Counted from the first letter of the stretch, positions 9,771 through 19,516 are shown. The stretch: DNA of 64,000 bases from Candidatus Micrarchaeota archaeon (GCA_021792235.1 JAJYVC010000001.1:752-64751), one strand, 5' to 3'. Translations and numbers: made by a program. Notes: a model not told the origin generated them from the letters alone.

Positions 9771-11561
9771 ATGATAGCAGTCATAGTATTATTGCCCCTC
9801 CTTCTGGGAATGCTAGCTGTCGCGCTGATCAGGAGCATGTCGAAGATCAGGTACGCAGCGATAATAGCCGGAGCAGCATCTCTCGCGCTCCTTCCATTAG
9901 TCAATTACGGCACTACCACCTTGCCATGGCTGCTCATCGCAGGCAGCGATATAGGGGTAACAATATCACTGACGCCGCTCAGCCTTATGCTGCTATCGAT
10001 AGTGCTGCTGATAGGCCTCTTCGTGCTCATCTACTCAGCAGGGTACATGGAGTCGGTGCTTGATCACAGGAGATTCTACCTGGAGATGCTGGCCTTCGAG
10101 GCAGCGATGGCCACATTCGCAGTGAGCGGAAATTTCATAACGCTTTTCATAGCCTGGGAGTTCCTGAGCCTTACCAGCTATCTACTCATCGGCTTCCTCC
10201 ACAATAGGAATTCGGCGATAAGGGCTGCTAGGAAGGCGCTAACCATAGTGTTCATAGGCGACCTGACCCTGATAGGCTCGATAGTGCTCTTCTGGCACGT
10301 TTTCGGCACTCTCGAATTCGCGCAGATAATATCAATGGCCGGCGCAGTCCACTCAATAGACCTGTACATAGCAGTGCTGCTTCTTCTTATAGCGATATTC
10401 ACCAAGTCGGCGCAGTTCCCTTTCCATGAATGGCTCATCGACGCCATGGAAGGTCCTACTCCAGTGTCCGCGTACCTGCATTCATCGACCATGGTAAAGG
10501 CAGGAGTGTTCGCGGCAATACTGCTATACCCTCTTTTTGCTGCGCCTGATGTGAGCTGGATCATCTTCACGGCAAGCGCAGTAACACTGGTGCTCTCGAC
10601 TCTTGCCGCTGCAAGGGAGATGCACGTGAAGAAGGTGATAGCATATTCGACGATACAGGAGCTTTCGATAATGATGCTGGCTATCAGCTCCGGCGCTGTG
10701 CTCGCCGCCATATACTTCTTCTTCGTGCAAAGCTTCTACAAGGCGCTACTCTTCTTCGGTTCAGGTGTTGCAATGGAGGCCACCGGCAGGGAGAATCTAG
10801 ATGAGGTAAACGGGTTCGGCGCAAGGAAGCTCGCTTATCTGTCCACGCTTTTCGGCGTGCTTTCTCTAGCCGGTTTCGTGCCATTCTCTGGGTTCTTCTC
10901 AAACACCGGAATAAGCTCGTCCCTCACAGGTAACCTGCCTGCATACGCGCTTCTCTCAGGAGTTGCCGTACTAACTAGTTTCTACATCGTAAGGTGGTTC
11001 TCTTATCTTTCAAGGAATGACAAAAGGTCAGCATCGTATGCTCCAAACTACCTCACAATGCCAAGGAGCATGGTGTACCCCATGGCAGTGCTTGCAGCCC
11101 TGACTCTGGCAGCGTCGGCGGTGTTCTTCTCCATAAGCACCTTCCTTTCGGCAGGCAGCTACCTATCGTACCTTCCCGTGCAGTCGCCGCTCTCCATCAG
11201 CGCTACTGACGGCGCGCTGTTCACCGTGCTAATAGCTGTAGGCGCAGTGCTGAGCTACATGGTCTACTACAGGAGGAGCATCAAATCAGGAATAGGTTCA
11301 CTGAACCGCATAATCTATACAGGTCCTATAATGAACTGGTCCTATCACGTTGTAGCAGTGATTACTTCAGGTCTATCTGCAGGCATATCTGAATTTGATT
11401 CCAGGCTTAATGACTTCTTTGACAGCATGGGCATAACTACGGTGAGGGCGGGATACGGGATAAGAAGAGTTTCCGTTGGAAGTATAAACACCTATGCGGC
11501 CATATTCATACTCGGCATCCTTGCCCTGTTCATCTCGTTCTATTATCTGGTGATAGTCTGA
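9771..11561 (+). CDS. nuoL: NADH-quinone oxidoreductase subunit L
   Basis: 596 aa. FIAWEFLSLTSYLLIGF and FPFHEWLIDAMEGPTPVSAYLHSSTMVKAG are NuoL/ND5 signatures. Confidence 0.9.
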   Translation: MIAVIVLLPLLLGMLAVALIRSMSKIRYAAIIAGAASLALLPLVNYGTTTLPWLLIAGSDIGVTISLTPLSLMLLSIVLLIGLFVLIYSAGYMESVLDHRRFYLEMLAFEAAMATFAVSGNFITLFIAWEFLSLTSYLLIGFLHNRNSAIRAARKALTIVFIGDLTLIGSIVLFWHVFGTLEFAQIISMAGAVHSIDLYIAVLLLLIAIFTKSAQFPFHEWLIDAMEGPTPVSAYLHSSTMVKAGVFAAILLYPLFAAPDVSWIIFTASAVTLVLSTLAAAREMHVKKVIAYSTIQELSIMMLAISSGAVLAAIYFFFVQSFYKALLFFGSGVAMEATGRENLDEVNGFGARKLAYLSTLFGVLSLAGFVPFSGFFSNTGISSSLTGNLPAYALLSGVAVLTSFYIVRWFSYLSRNDKRSASYAPNYLTMPRSMVYPMAVLAALTLAASAVFFSISTFLSAGSYLSYLPVQSPLSISATDGALFTVLIAVGAVLSYMVYYRRSIKSGIGSLNRIIYTGPIMNWSYHVVAVITSGLSAGISEFDSRLNDFFDSMGITTVRAGYGIRRVSVGSINTYAAIFILGILALFISFYYLVIV

Positions 11562-11596
11562 TATATGCGTACGCGTTTATTGCAGTCGCAGCGCTT

Positions 11597-12928
11597 ATGG
11601 TGCTGTTCAACCTGGTATTCAGGCTGCTGGGCGACAAGAAGGGCCAGTTCGGCATGAACATCGTATTCATGCTTCTCATACTCGCGTCCACGGCCCTCAT
11701 GATGCTCAGTGGATATGTCGGAGTGGTGGGCAATGTCATCTCCATAAACCCATTCTCCGAATTCCTATTCGCCATGTTCACCGCCGGCCTGCTTGTCGTG
11801 AGCATAATAGCGTTCCATTACTCGGAGAACTACATGGACTTCGCCGTGATGTCCAATTTCGCTCTGCTTGGCATGTTTGCAGTTTCAGCTGCAACCTCCG
11901 TGATAACAATCTTCCTCGGTCTCGAGTTAGCCACAATACCTATGGTATTTGCCATACTGCTTTCAAAGAGGAGCATAGAGGCAGCAGCGAAGCTCTTCAT
12001 AATGGCTTCGATAGCCATAGCCGTGCTCTCTTTTGCAATAGTGCTGTTCTACGGGGATACCAACGGCTTCGCCCTTTCAGAATATTCTGGAGGCGAGGTC
12101 ATGGCGTTCGCCGGCCTCCTTTTCATAGCTGCCCTCGGGTTCGAGGCATCGATATTCCCGTTCAATGTACTTATACCTGATGTGTACACTGGATCGCCCG
12201 CATACCTTACTGGCATGCTTGGCGGCTTGAATAAGAAGGTCGGCCTAGTGGCGCTCATGCAGATCCTCATACTCATTTTCATAACCAACAAGCAGCTCTT
12301 CATCTTCGTTGCGATACTATCCGTGCTGACAATGACCTATGGCAATGTCGTGGCACTGGTGCAAAGGAACACCAAGCGCATGCTTGCATACTCGTCAATA
12401 TCGCAGGCAGGCTACATTCTCATAGGAATAGCCGCTGCAACCCCTCAAGGAGTCGCCGCAAGCCTCTTCCAGATCTTCTCACATATGTTCATATTCATAG
12501 GCATGATGGGCATAGTTGCGCTCCTGGAGAAGCGCAACAGAACCGAGATCGATGAGCTGATAGGCCTAAACGGCGAGAACAGGTACGCTGCATTCGCGAT
12601 GAGCCTCTTTATGCTCTCGCTTATAGGCCTGCCGTTCACAACAGGCTTCATAGGCAAGCTGCTGCTCTTCCTGAGCGCTGTAAATGCAGGGCTGGTATGG
12701 CTCGCAGTGATAGGAATCATAAACAGCGTGATATCGATTTTCTACTACCTTAAGGCGATAATGGCGATGTATACCGAGAAGGATGGTGGCAGGCCGCTCA
12801 AGATGAACAGGACCCTGGCCTTCGCTGTCTTCGTGTGTGTTGTTATAACTATAGTTCTAGGAGTCTATCCGCAGCCTTTGATAAGCCTGGCGACCAATGC
12901 TGCAGGATACATGCTTCCGGCAACCTGA
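11597..12928 (+). CDS. nuoN: NADH-quinone oxidoreductase subunit N-like antiporter subunit
   Basis: 443 aa. FLGLELATIP, PDVYTGSPAYLTG and MLAYSSISQAGY fit NuoN/ND2 better than NuoM. A TM-like stretch (IYAYAFIAVAAL) continues in frame upstream of the first ATG with no canonical start. Confidence 0.75.
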   Translation: MVLFNLVFRLLGDKKGQFGMNIVFMLLILASTALMMLSGYVGVVGNVISINPFSEFLFAMFTAGLLVVSIIAFHYSENYMDFAVMSNFALLGMFAVSAATSVITIFLGLELATIPMVFAILLSKRSIEAAAKLFIMASIAIAVLSFAIVLFYGDTNGFALSEYSGGEVMAFAGLLFIAALGFEASIFPFNVLIPDVYTGSPAYLTGMLGGLNKKVGLVALMQILILIFITNKQLFIFVAILSVLTMTYGNVVALVQRNTKRMLAYSSISQAGYILIGIAAATPQGVAASLFQIFSHMFIFIGMMGIVALLEKRNRTEIDELIGLNGENRYAAFAMSLFMLSLIGLPFTTGFIGKLLLFLSAVNAGLVWLAVIGIINSVISIFYYLKAIMAMYTEKDGGRPLKMNRTLAFAVFVCVVITIVLGVYPQPLISLATNAAGYMLPAT

Positions 12929-13002
12929 TTCCAGATATGTGTCTCATAGTGAAGTCACAATTGGACATAGTGCGCTACAGCAAACAGATGATATCTGCAC
13001 AA

Positions 13003-13974
13003 TCATGATGGCGGACTGTACTCCTCCCACCAAGAGCCGCCATTGAAGGTGATGCTGTTAGTCATAGCTGCATCATATCCATTCCCAGAATAATCAAGCC
13101 CGTTGCCGTCTAGGGGCCACCAGCCCACAAGGTTCCTGAGGTCGATAGGCGCACCGCCTATACCTTCCAAGTATAGCGTCTTTATGCTGCTTTGAGATAG
13201 GCTTGTATTGTAGAGTTGCACGTTGGATATCTGTCCACCAAACCATTCATAGGCTGGAATTCCAGTGCTGCCTGGGGATATCGTTCCTATCATCAGGGCG
13301 TTGTTTGCATAGCTAAGATACCCGCTTACCACTTCATCGCCCAGATAGGCGCCATTGGCATACCAGTACTTTGTGGTCTGGTCAGGTCCTGTCGGTGCCG
13401 CAGAGACGGCTATGAACATCCACTGATCGAATGCGCCTGCCGGAATGGGATATGAGTAACCTGTCCAATCGTTGCTCGTGTCCCACTCCAGGCACCAGCT
13501 TGGATTGTTTGTCGGAGTGCACTGGTGCGGTATGTTGTTATAATCGAGCTTCATGCCATATTGGTGCTCCTTATCAACTACGTCGTGCCATTGGCTGGAA
13601 CCGCTATATACGTAGACCCATGCGGTTATAGTTATGCTGTTTTCTACGTTAAGGAGACTAGCTGGATCTGCAGAATTCGCAATCATGATATAGCTGCCAG
13701 GCGCACCCTGGTATACGAACTGGGGCTCCTCAAAATTGCACGTGCCTATCAGCGCTATGCTTGCCGTAGTTCCAGGCCCGTTCGGACGCAAGACCTGGCA
13801 GCTTTCTGGAAGCATTTTAGGCGCCCAGAAGTTAGGATTGAAGACTCCAAGGATAAATAAAACAACCAGCACGCCTGCGATTACCAGAATAACCCAGCCG
13901 TAGGTCATCAAGTATTCAATTGCCGACTGCGACTTGGAATCGCCCAATTTGTGTGGATTCTTCATGATGCTCAT
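13003..13974 (-). CDS. type IV pilin-like (class III signal peptide) protein with LamG/concanavalin-like lectin domain
   Basis: N-terminus ...KSQSAIEYLMTYGWVILVIAGVLVVLFIL. Body has ITITAWVY, WMFIAVS and GGQISNVQLYNTSLS blocks typical of LamG_3 jelly-rolls. C-terminal LVGWWPLDGNGLDYSGNG. Confidence 0.6.
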   Translation of the reverse strand: MSIMKNPHKLGDSKSQSAIEYLMTYGWVILVIAGVLVVLFILGVFNPNFWAPKMLPESCQVLRPNGPGTTASIALIGTCNFEEPQFVYQGAPGSYIMIANSADPASLLNVENSITITAWVYVYSGSSQWHDVVDKEHQYGMKLDYNNIPHQCTPTNNPSWCLEWDTSNDWTGYSYPIPAGAFDQWMFIAVSAAPTGPDQTTKYWYANGAYLGDEVVSGYLSYANNALMIGTISPGSTGIPAYEWFGGQISNVQLYNTSLSQSSIKTLYLEGIGGAPIDLRNLVGWWPLDGNGLDYSGNGYDAAMTNSITFNGGSWWEEYSPPS

Positions 13975-14113
13975 ACCAAATACGTGGAAAAATATTAATA
14001 ACCAGCATTAGCTGCTCCTGATAAAACTCACCACATAAATGCCTCAAGCCTCCCAAATCCCAAGTATGGCTATAAAGTTCATGCCCAGGTGCATCCGATT
14101 GCAGATATCCTAT

Positions 14114-15115
14114 TTACGGTGATGGCGGGACAGGATATGCACCATTATACATTATGTTCGAAGGCGTGCCGCCATTGCCATTGTATCCGGAGTAGTCCTG
14201 TGCGTTGCCGTTGAGCGGCCACCATGCAACAAGATCCTGCAGGTCTACCGGGTCGCCTCCTATTCCCTCATCGTATAGCGCAGTCTGCGCAGATGCAGAC
14301 AGAGGAGTATCGTATACTTGGACATTTGTTATTAGGCCGTTGAACGAATATACTGATGAGCTGGGCCACACATCTGCACCTATAGATATGTCATTTGATG
14401 TAGTGAAGGTCGTTGAGCCTATGCTCCCGCTCGAGAATAGCTGGTTGTTCAGGAGCACATTTGCAGCGCCTGTGACCTGATTATATGTTGCAACTACAAA
14501 CAGCCACTGATTTGTCGGCATCGAATCTACACCGCTCGGCCACTTGACATACGCGCCGTTTATCCAGAGCACGTCACATGCACCATTGTTTCCCCCGTAT
14601 GCAAACAGACCTATTCCACCTGCAGGACTAGGTATACTGTCAAAGATCCCAGAGCACTTGGTGTCAAGATGTCCATACCAGTACACCCATGCCGTTATGG
14701 TGAAGCCTGCTGGCGCGCCGTCAGTCGGCGTACTCATGTCTAGTGGCGGAACCTGTATGTAAGAGGGGTACGACTGCTCGCCGTTACCTTTACCATTGCC
14801 TCTGGAAGATTCGAACGATCCGAATACAGGGATGGACTGCGGTTCAAGATTCTTGCACAGGCCTTCCAGGTTTGTGCCTGCGGTAGTGCGCACCACCTCG
14901 CATGATCCAGGTGCTGCTTTTGGAGGTTGGTTGTTGAAGAAACCGAGCTGGAATAGTGCAATCATTATGATGGCGACTATCAGCAGCGCCCACCCATAGG
15001 TCATCAGGTATTCCATGGCGCTCTGCATGAGTGTTTTATGGCCATGCACTTCTCCTCTGTCCCGAACAGCATGTCTATTCTTGGTGCGCTTATAAGACAT
15101 CGTCTCGCCACGCAT
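14114..15115 (-). CDS. type IV pilin-like (class III signal peptide) protein with LamG-like domain, paralog of 13003-13974
   Basis: N-terminus ...MQSAMEYLMTYGWALLIVAIIMIALF. Contains FTITAWVYWY, WLFVVATY, FNGLITNVQVYDTPLS and C-terminal LVAWWPLNGNAQDYSG. Confidence 0.6.
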   Translation of the reverse strand: MRGETMSYKRTKNRHAVRDRGEVHGHKTLMQSAMEYLMTYGWALLIVAIIMIALFQLGFFNNQPPKAAPGSCEVVRTTAGTNLEGLCKNLEPQSIPVFGSFESSRGNGKGNGEQSYPSYIQVPPLDMSTPTDGAPAGFTITAWVYWYGHLDTKCSGIFDSIPSPAGGIGLFAYGGNNGACDVLWINGAYVKWPSGVDSMPTNQWLFVVATYNQVTGAANVLLNNQLFSSGSIGSTTFTTSNDISIGADVWPSSSVYSFNGLITNVQVYDTPLSASAQTALYDEGIGGDPVDLQDLVAWWPLNGNAQDYSGYNGNGGTPSNIMYNGAYPVPPSP

Positions 15116-15144
15116 ATTTTAATTAGAAACAACCTTTATAATGT

Positions 15145-15402
15145 ATGCGTACTAAACAACAAGGCGACAAACGCATGAACATAGATGTATACGTGGTTAC
15201 GAACTCACGCAAGCCCTACATAGCCAAGATAGCGGAATCCGAATTCAGGATAAAAGTGGATGCACCTGCCGTGGGCGGAAAGGCAAATTCCAGGATAATC
15301 GAGCTAATCGCTGGCCATTTCGGCGTGCCAAAGTCATCTGTGAGGATAATCAAGGGAGATAGAAGCAGGAGGAAGACGGTGCAGATCCCAGGCCCCTTGT
15401 AG
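15145..15402 (+). CDS. DUF167/YggU-like small protein
   Basis: 85 aa. ...KVDAPAVGGKANSRIIELIAGHFGVPKSSVRIIKG matches the YggU family pattern. The likely start is the internal ATG (MNIDVYV). Confidence 0.6.
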   Translation: MRTKQQGDKRMNIDVYVVTNSRKPYIAKIAESEFRIKVDAPAVGGKANSRIIELIAGHFGVPKSSVRIIKGDRSRRKTVQIPGPL

Positions 15403-15434
15403 ATGATGCGTTCTTCTTCCCATTCGTAGGGTTT

Positions 15435-16196
15435 TTAGCCCACATCGGTCCTGCTGAACGCGTATGTGGCTATGAGCACGAATATGACTGTAGATATTGC
15501 CATAGCAAGCAGGTCTATCCACACGGGGAATGTGCCGGATCCGGTAAGCGCTATCCTGAGTCCGTCAATGCCGTACGTGAGCGGGTTCAGGAATGTTATG
15601 TTCCTGACGAATACTGGCAGGGCGCTTGCAGGGAATATGCTGTCAGAAAGGAAGAATAGAGGCATCGTGAAGAAGCTCGTTACCAGTTGGAATCCCTGGA
15701 AATCATTGATCACGGAGCCCAGCGTAAGGCCTAGGCTTATAAATGTGGCTGCTATGAGCGCCATGAAGACTATCGCAAGCGCTGTGTATGCACTGAGAAC
15801 AACGTGGAACCCTATGAGCATCGCTATTACTATAACTAGTATGCTCTGGAGTATCGCAGTCGTTGCACCGCCCATTATTCTACCTATCACTATCGATGTC
15901 CTTGAATTTGGGGTCACCATTATCTCCTTTAGGAACCCGAACTGCCTGTCCCACAGCACGGCTGATCCAGTGAATATCGAGGTGAATAGTAGTGACATCC
16001 CTATTATCCCAGGCACTATGAAATCGAAATAGCTTATGCCGCTTCCCAGCTGCACCAGGCTACCAAGCCCAAGCCCCAGGCCCAGAAGGAAGAACAGGGG
16101 CATCATGAGCATCCCTATTATCCTTGATTTGGCTCTGACGAACCTTATGGTGTCCCTGAGCCACAGCACGTATATAGCGTTAAACTCCATTGTCAT
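15435..16196 (-). CDS. ABC-2 type exporter permease
   Basis: 253 aa, 6 TM. ABC-2 layout (FVRAKSRIIG...FGFLKEIMVTPNSR). Overlaps the upstream ATPase gene by 4 nt. Confidence 0.8.
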   Translation of the reverse strand: MTMEFNAIYVLWLRDTIRFVRAKSRIIGMLMMPLFFLLGLGLGLGSLVQLGSGISYFDFIVPGIIGMSLLFTSIFTGSAVLWDRQFGFLKEIMVTPNSRTSIVIGRIMGGATTAILQSILVIVIAMLIGFHVVLSAYTALAIVFMALIAATFISLGLTLGSVINDFQGFQLVTSFFTMPLFFLSDSIFPASALPVFVRNITFLNPLTYGIDGLRIALTGSGTFPVWIDLLAMAISTVIFVLIATYAFSRTDVG

Positions 16197-17185
16197 CTGT
16201 TCCTCGCCGCTCTATGCATCCTCATCACGTCCTTCCAGTTGCCTTCCTCTTCCCTTATGCCCTTTCCCGTATAATGTATGAACACGTCTTCCAAGCTGGG
16301 TTTATGCAGGTTTATAGATCCTATGTTAACTCCGCGGGCGTCAGCGAGCTTGACGATCTCAGGTATTCTCTTCTCTCCCTCCTTTACGTTGAGTTCCAAC
16401 AAGTTGCCGCGCCTCGATATGCTGCTTATCCACTTCACAGTCCTAAGCACCTTCTCGAGCCTTTCCATTCCCTCCTCTATGTTTACTGACACAATGTCCC
16501 CTCCAAGCATGTCCTTCAGGTTCTTGGGCGTATCAAGGGCGACTATCCTGCCGTGGTCCACGAATGCCACCCTTGCGCAAAGATAGTCTGCTTCCTCTAT
16601 GTAGTGCGTGGTAAGTATGATCGTTGTCTTTGTAGACTTGTTGAGCTTGCTTATGTAATCCCATATATGTCTCCTGGTCTGCGGGTCAAGGCCTATCGTA
16701 GGCTCGTCAAGAAAAAGTATCTTGGGCTCATGCACAAGCCCACGACCTATCTCAAGCCTCCTCTTCATCCCTCCTGAATAATTCCTTACCAGTACCGATG
16801 CCTTGTCCTCAAGTTCCACAAGCCTGAGCATCTCCGATATCCTCTTCTCACGCCTGTTCTTTGGTATGTTGTAGAGTATGGCATGGAACTGCAGGTTCTC
16901 AAAGCCCGTCAGGTCATCATCAAGCGAAGGATCCTGGAAGACTATGCCTATCCTCTTCCTTACGTCATTGGGATCTGATTTGATGTCATGCCCTGCTACA
17001 ATTGCGCTTCCAGAGGTCGGCTTCAGCAATGTTGTGAGCATCTTTATCGTGGTGGTCTTGCCCGCCCCGTTGGGTCCTAGCAGCCCGAATATCTCTCCCT
17101 CGCTCACGCTGAACGATATACCATTTACTGCTTTTAGCGTGCCAAACTCTTTCGAGAGGCTGCTTACCTTTATTATCTCCTTCAT
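16193..17185 (-). CDS. ABC transporter ATP-binding protein (DrrA/CcmA-like, with C-terminal extension)
   Basis: Walker A GPNGAGKTT, signature YSGGMKRRLEIG, Walker B ILFLDEPT. Confidence 0.9.
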   Translation of the reverse strand: MKEIIKVSSLSKEFGTLKAVNGISFSVSEGEIFGLLGPNGAGKTTTIKMLTTLLKPTSGSAIVAGHDIKSDPNDVRKRIGIVFQDPSLDDDLTGFENLQFHAILYNIPKNRREKRISEMLRLVELEDKASVLVRNYSGGMKRRLEIGRGLVHEPKILFLDEPTIGLDPQTRRHIWDYISKLNKSTKTTIILTTHYIEEADYLCARVAFVDHGRIVALDTPKNLKDMLGGDIVSVNIEEGMERLEKVLRTVKWISSISRRGNLLELNVKEGEKRIPEIVKLADARGVNIGSINLHKPSLEDVFIHYTGKGIREEEGNWKDVMRMHRAARNR

Positions 17186-17212
17186 TACCTGGCCCTGGCT
17201 ATCGACAAAGGC

Positions 17213-17725
17213 TTATACTCTTCTTCCCCTTCTGCCTCCCGGCCTTTTTGTCGTGTCGGTTGGCATAGGTGTGACATCCTCTATGCTGCCTATCTTTATC
17301 CCGCTCCTTGCAAGAGCCCTGACAACTGCCTGAGCTCCTGGTCCAGGTATCTTGGATCCGTGCCCTCCAGGCGCCCTTATCTTTATGTTTATGTTTGTGA
17401 CTCCCTTCTCTATCGCAGTGGCGGCAACCTTGTATGCTGCCTGCATGCCCGCATGCGGCGAGCCTTCCTCGTGGTCTGCGCTTACTACCATACCTCCGCT
17501 GCCTGTAGCTATCGTCTCAGAACCTGAAAGGTCAGTAAGCGTTATTATCGTGTTGTTCTTTGATGAGTATATGTGGGCGACTCCCCAGCGCGTTGCTTTA
17601 GGCACGTACTTCTGCTGGGCCTCCATCGCAGCGCTTTCGTATGAAATGTTCTCCTTCTTTGCTTCGCTCTGCTTCTCCTGCTGCTTTGAGGCTTTTGGTT
17701 CCGATTTCTTCTTGCCTGCCATCAT
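17213..17725 (-). CDS. rps11: 30S ribosomal protein S11
   Basis: [20 protein letters not shown]...SGG and IRAPGGHG blocks. Lys/Glu-rich N-terminal extension. Confidence 0.9.
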   Translation of the reverse strand: MMAGKKKSEPKASKQQEKQSEAKKENISYESAAMEAQQKYVPKATRWGVAHIYSSKNNTIITLTDLSGSETIATGSGGMVVSADHEEGSPHAGMQAAYKVAATAIEKGVTNINIKIRAPGGHGSKIPGPGAQAVVRALARSGIKIGSIEDVTPMPTDTTKRPGGRRGRRV

Positions 17726-18276
17726 TCTCCCTCCTTAGCCTCTGGCTTCGTACTTTCCCCCGCCTTCTGTGCAGTCGCTCCGTCCGCCGGCTGTGGAGGA
17801 TTGATGTCTATGGGTTTGTAATAACCTATCCTTGTCTCCTCGTCAGCCCTCACCAAGTAGCTTGAAGATTTTACCTTCCTGCCATTTATTGATATGAAAC
17901 CATGGGCGATGAGCTGCCTTGCCTGTCTCGGCGTCCTCGCCAGTCCGTTCCTAAACACCACTGACTGCAGTCTCCTACTTAGTATCGCTTCTGGTGTTAT
18001 CCCTAGAAGGTCGTCGATCTTAGCGTCCTTCGAAACTATGCTGTACCTAGAAAGCCGTGAAATTATTTCCTTACCTACTTTATCTGATGATCTGTTTGAA
18101 AGCACTTCTCTGGCATTTCTCCTTATCCTGCTCACTTCGGAAGTTGCCTTCCACAGCTCCCTCAGGTTCTTAAGCCCGAACTTCTCCTTGAGATCATGGT
18201 CTCTCTCAATCCTTGCGGCGTTCCACATGAGTTTCGAGCGTGCATATTTCTTCCTTATCCTTTTTGGGTCTCCCAT
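17722..18276 (-). CDS. rps4: 30S ribosomal protein S4
   Basis: [11 protein letters not shown]...[13 protein letters not shown]...[28 protein letters not shown] (S4 domain). Confidence 0.9.
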   Translation of the reverse strand: MGDPKRIRKKYARSKLMWNAARIERDHDLKEKFGLKNLRELWKATSEVSRIRRNAREVLSNRSSDKVGKEIISRLSRYSIVSKDAKIDDLLGITPEAILSRRLQSVVFRNGLARTPRQARQLIAHGFISINGRKVKSSSYLVRADEETRIGYYKPIDINPPQPADGATAQKAGESTKPEAKEGE

Positions 18277-18281
18277 TCAGT

Positions 18282-18890
18282 TCACTTCTTTGCCTCTGCC
18301 TCTGGCTTTGAAGCCTGTGCAGCTACAGCAGTTCCTCCTGTCTTAGCAGGTGCCTGTGCAGCCTTTTGTGCAGCTTCAGCTGCCTTCTTGGTGACTCCCA
18401 CAGTTGCGCCTGTCCTGCCCGTGGACCTGGTCTTCTGGCCGCGCACCTTCTGGCCGTACCTGTGCCTGAAGCCTCTGTATGTCTGGATCTTGATATCGTT
18501 CTCTATGTCCTGCCTGGTTTTAACTATAAGGTCAGTGCCCACGACGTGCAGATTTTCTCCAGTCTCCCTGTCGCCCATCCTGTTGAGCATATATAATGGC
18601 ATCCCTGCCTTCTTCGGATCCTTGAGCATGTCCTCTATCTTCTCTATATCTGATTCCCCAAGAGACCCTATAGTGGTCTCTCTCTGAATCTTGTAATTGT
18701 CCCTTATGCCTATGGAGATCGCATTGGCCATATTGTATCCGATTCCCTTGATCTGCATGAGCGCAGAAGGAATGTTCAGTTCGCCGTCTATGTCCCTTCC
18801 AGCTATTCTGACTATGCTTGTTGTCGATGCCTTCTTCTGCTCCGGCTTCGCCTTTGCTTCTTCGTTCTCCTTGGCCACTAAAACACACAA
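18282..18890 (-). CDS. rps13: 30S ribosomal protein S13
   Basis: IVRIAGRDIDGELNIPSALMQIKGIGYNMANAI and YRGFRHRYGQKVRGQKTRSTGR. Ala/Lys-rich C-terminal tail. Confidence 0.9.
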   Translation of the reverse strand: MCVLVAKENEEAKAKPEQKKASTTSIVRIAGRDIDGELNIPSALMQIKGIGYNMANAISIGIRDNYKIQRETTIGSLGESDIEKIEDMLKDPKKAGMPLYMLNRMGDRETGENLHVVGTDLIVKTRQDIENDIKIQTYRGFRHRYGQKVRGQKTRSTGRTGATVGVTKKAAEAAQKAAQAPAKTGGTAVAAQASKPEAEAKK

Positions 18891-18910
18891 TAAAGGTATA
18901 ATTATTATAA

Positions 18911-18954
18911 TTTCCTTAACGACTTAAGGAAATAAGTCTCCGTACAGAGTACGG
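18911..18954 (-). terminator. two adjacent perfect hairpins upstream of rps13 (possible terminator or processing signal)
   Basis: tttccttaa-cgac-ttaaggaaa (18911-18932) and ccgtac-aga-gtacgg (18940-18954). On the minus strand they follow the stop of 19016-19396 and precede an AT-rich box before rps13. Confidence 0.25.
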
Positions 18955-19015
18955 CAACTCTATATTATTATAGATATAAGGTTTTTAAGGCTTTGCAATT
19001 CAGGCATGTATTGGA

Positions 19016-19396
19016 TCAGGCCAGCCATCTCTTTCTCAATTGACCGTCAGCGTATTGCCTTATCCTTTCCTGCCCCTCCTCCAATATTGTTCCAGCACGG
19101 TATTTTCCGTCCTTCGATGTGAAGAAGCCGAACGGGTGTTTATCCGAGGACCTCAGGAGCAGGAAATAATCCATTATCATAGGGGCTACTGTAACTCCGT
19201 ATCTGCGGCATATCGGGCCGTTCGACATCATGTCCTCTACAGGTATCCTGCCGAATTCTAGCTGCGCCTTCCTTATGTCCTCGTGCATCTGCCTCAGTCT
19301 TTCTGCAGTGCTCCTCTCATGTCTGAAAACGTCATGCGTCATCTGACCGGATGACTCATCCCTGCGAATAGATGCTATGAAATAGACATAATCCAT
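19016..19396 (-). CDS. hypothetical protein
   Basis: 126-aa ORF with ordinary composition and no recognised motif. Confidence 0.4.
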   Translation of the reverse strand: MDYVYFIASIRRDESSGQMTHDVFRHERSTAERLRQMHEDIRKAQLEFGRIPVEDMMSNGPICRRYGVTVAPMIMDYFLLLRSSDKHPFGFFTSKDGKYRAGTILEEGQERIRQYADGQLRKRWLA

Positions 19397-19516
19397 CGGA
19401 CCAGCCAGTAACTTTAGCTGATTTATTCACCTATTAAAGCATTTTCTGCAGCATGTATCTGCCAGTCCTATCACTGCTTCGGGCGATGCGCTTCAGGTTC
19501 TGCTCCTCCAGCTCGT

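Noticed and set aside
10178-10711. 177-aa minus-strand ORF inside nuoL (similar ones lie inside nuoD, nuoH, nuoN and copA)
   Set aside because: Opposite strand of genes with strong family motifs. No independent support.
12929-13002. Possible C/D-box sRNA (gatgat/atgatg and ctg motifs) between nuoN and the pilin-like gene
   Set aside because: No proper RUGAUGA...CUGA arrangement with terminal stem on either strand.
15466-16032. 188-aa plus-strand ORF
   Set aside because: Antisense to the ABC-2 permease, which has a coherent 6-TM pattern and is coupled to its ATPase.
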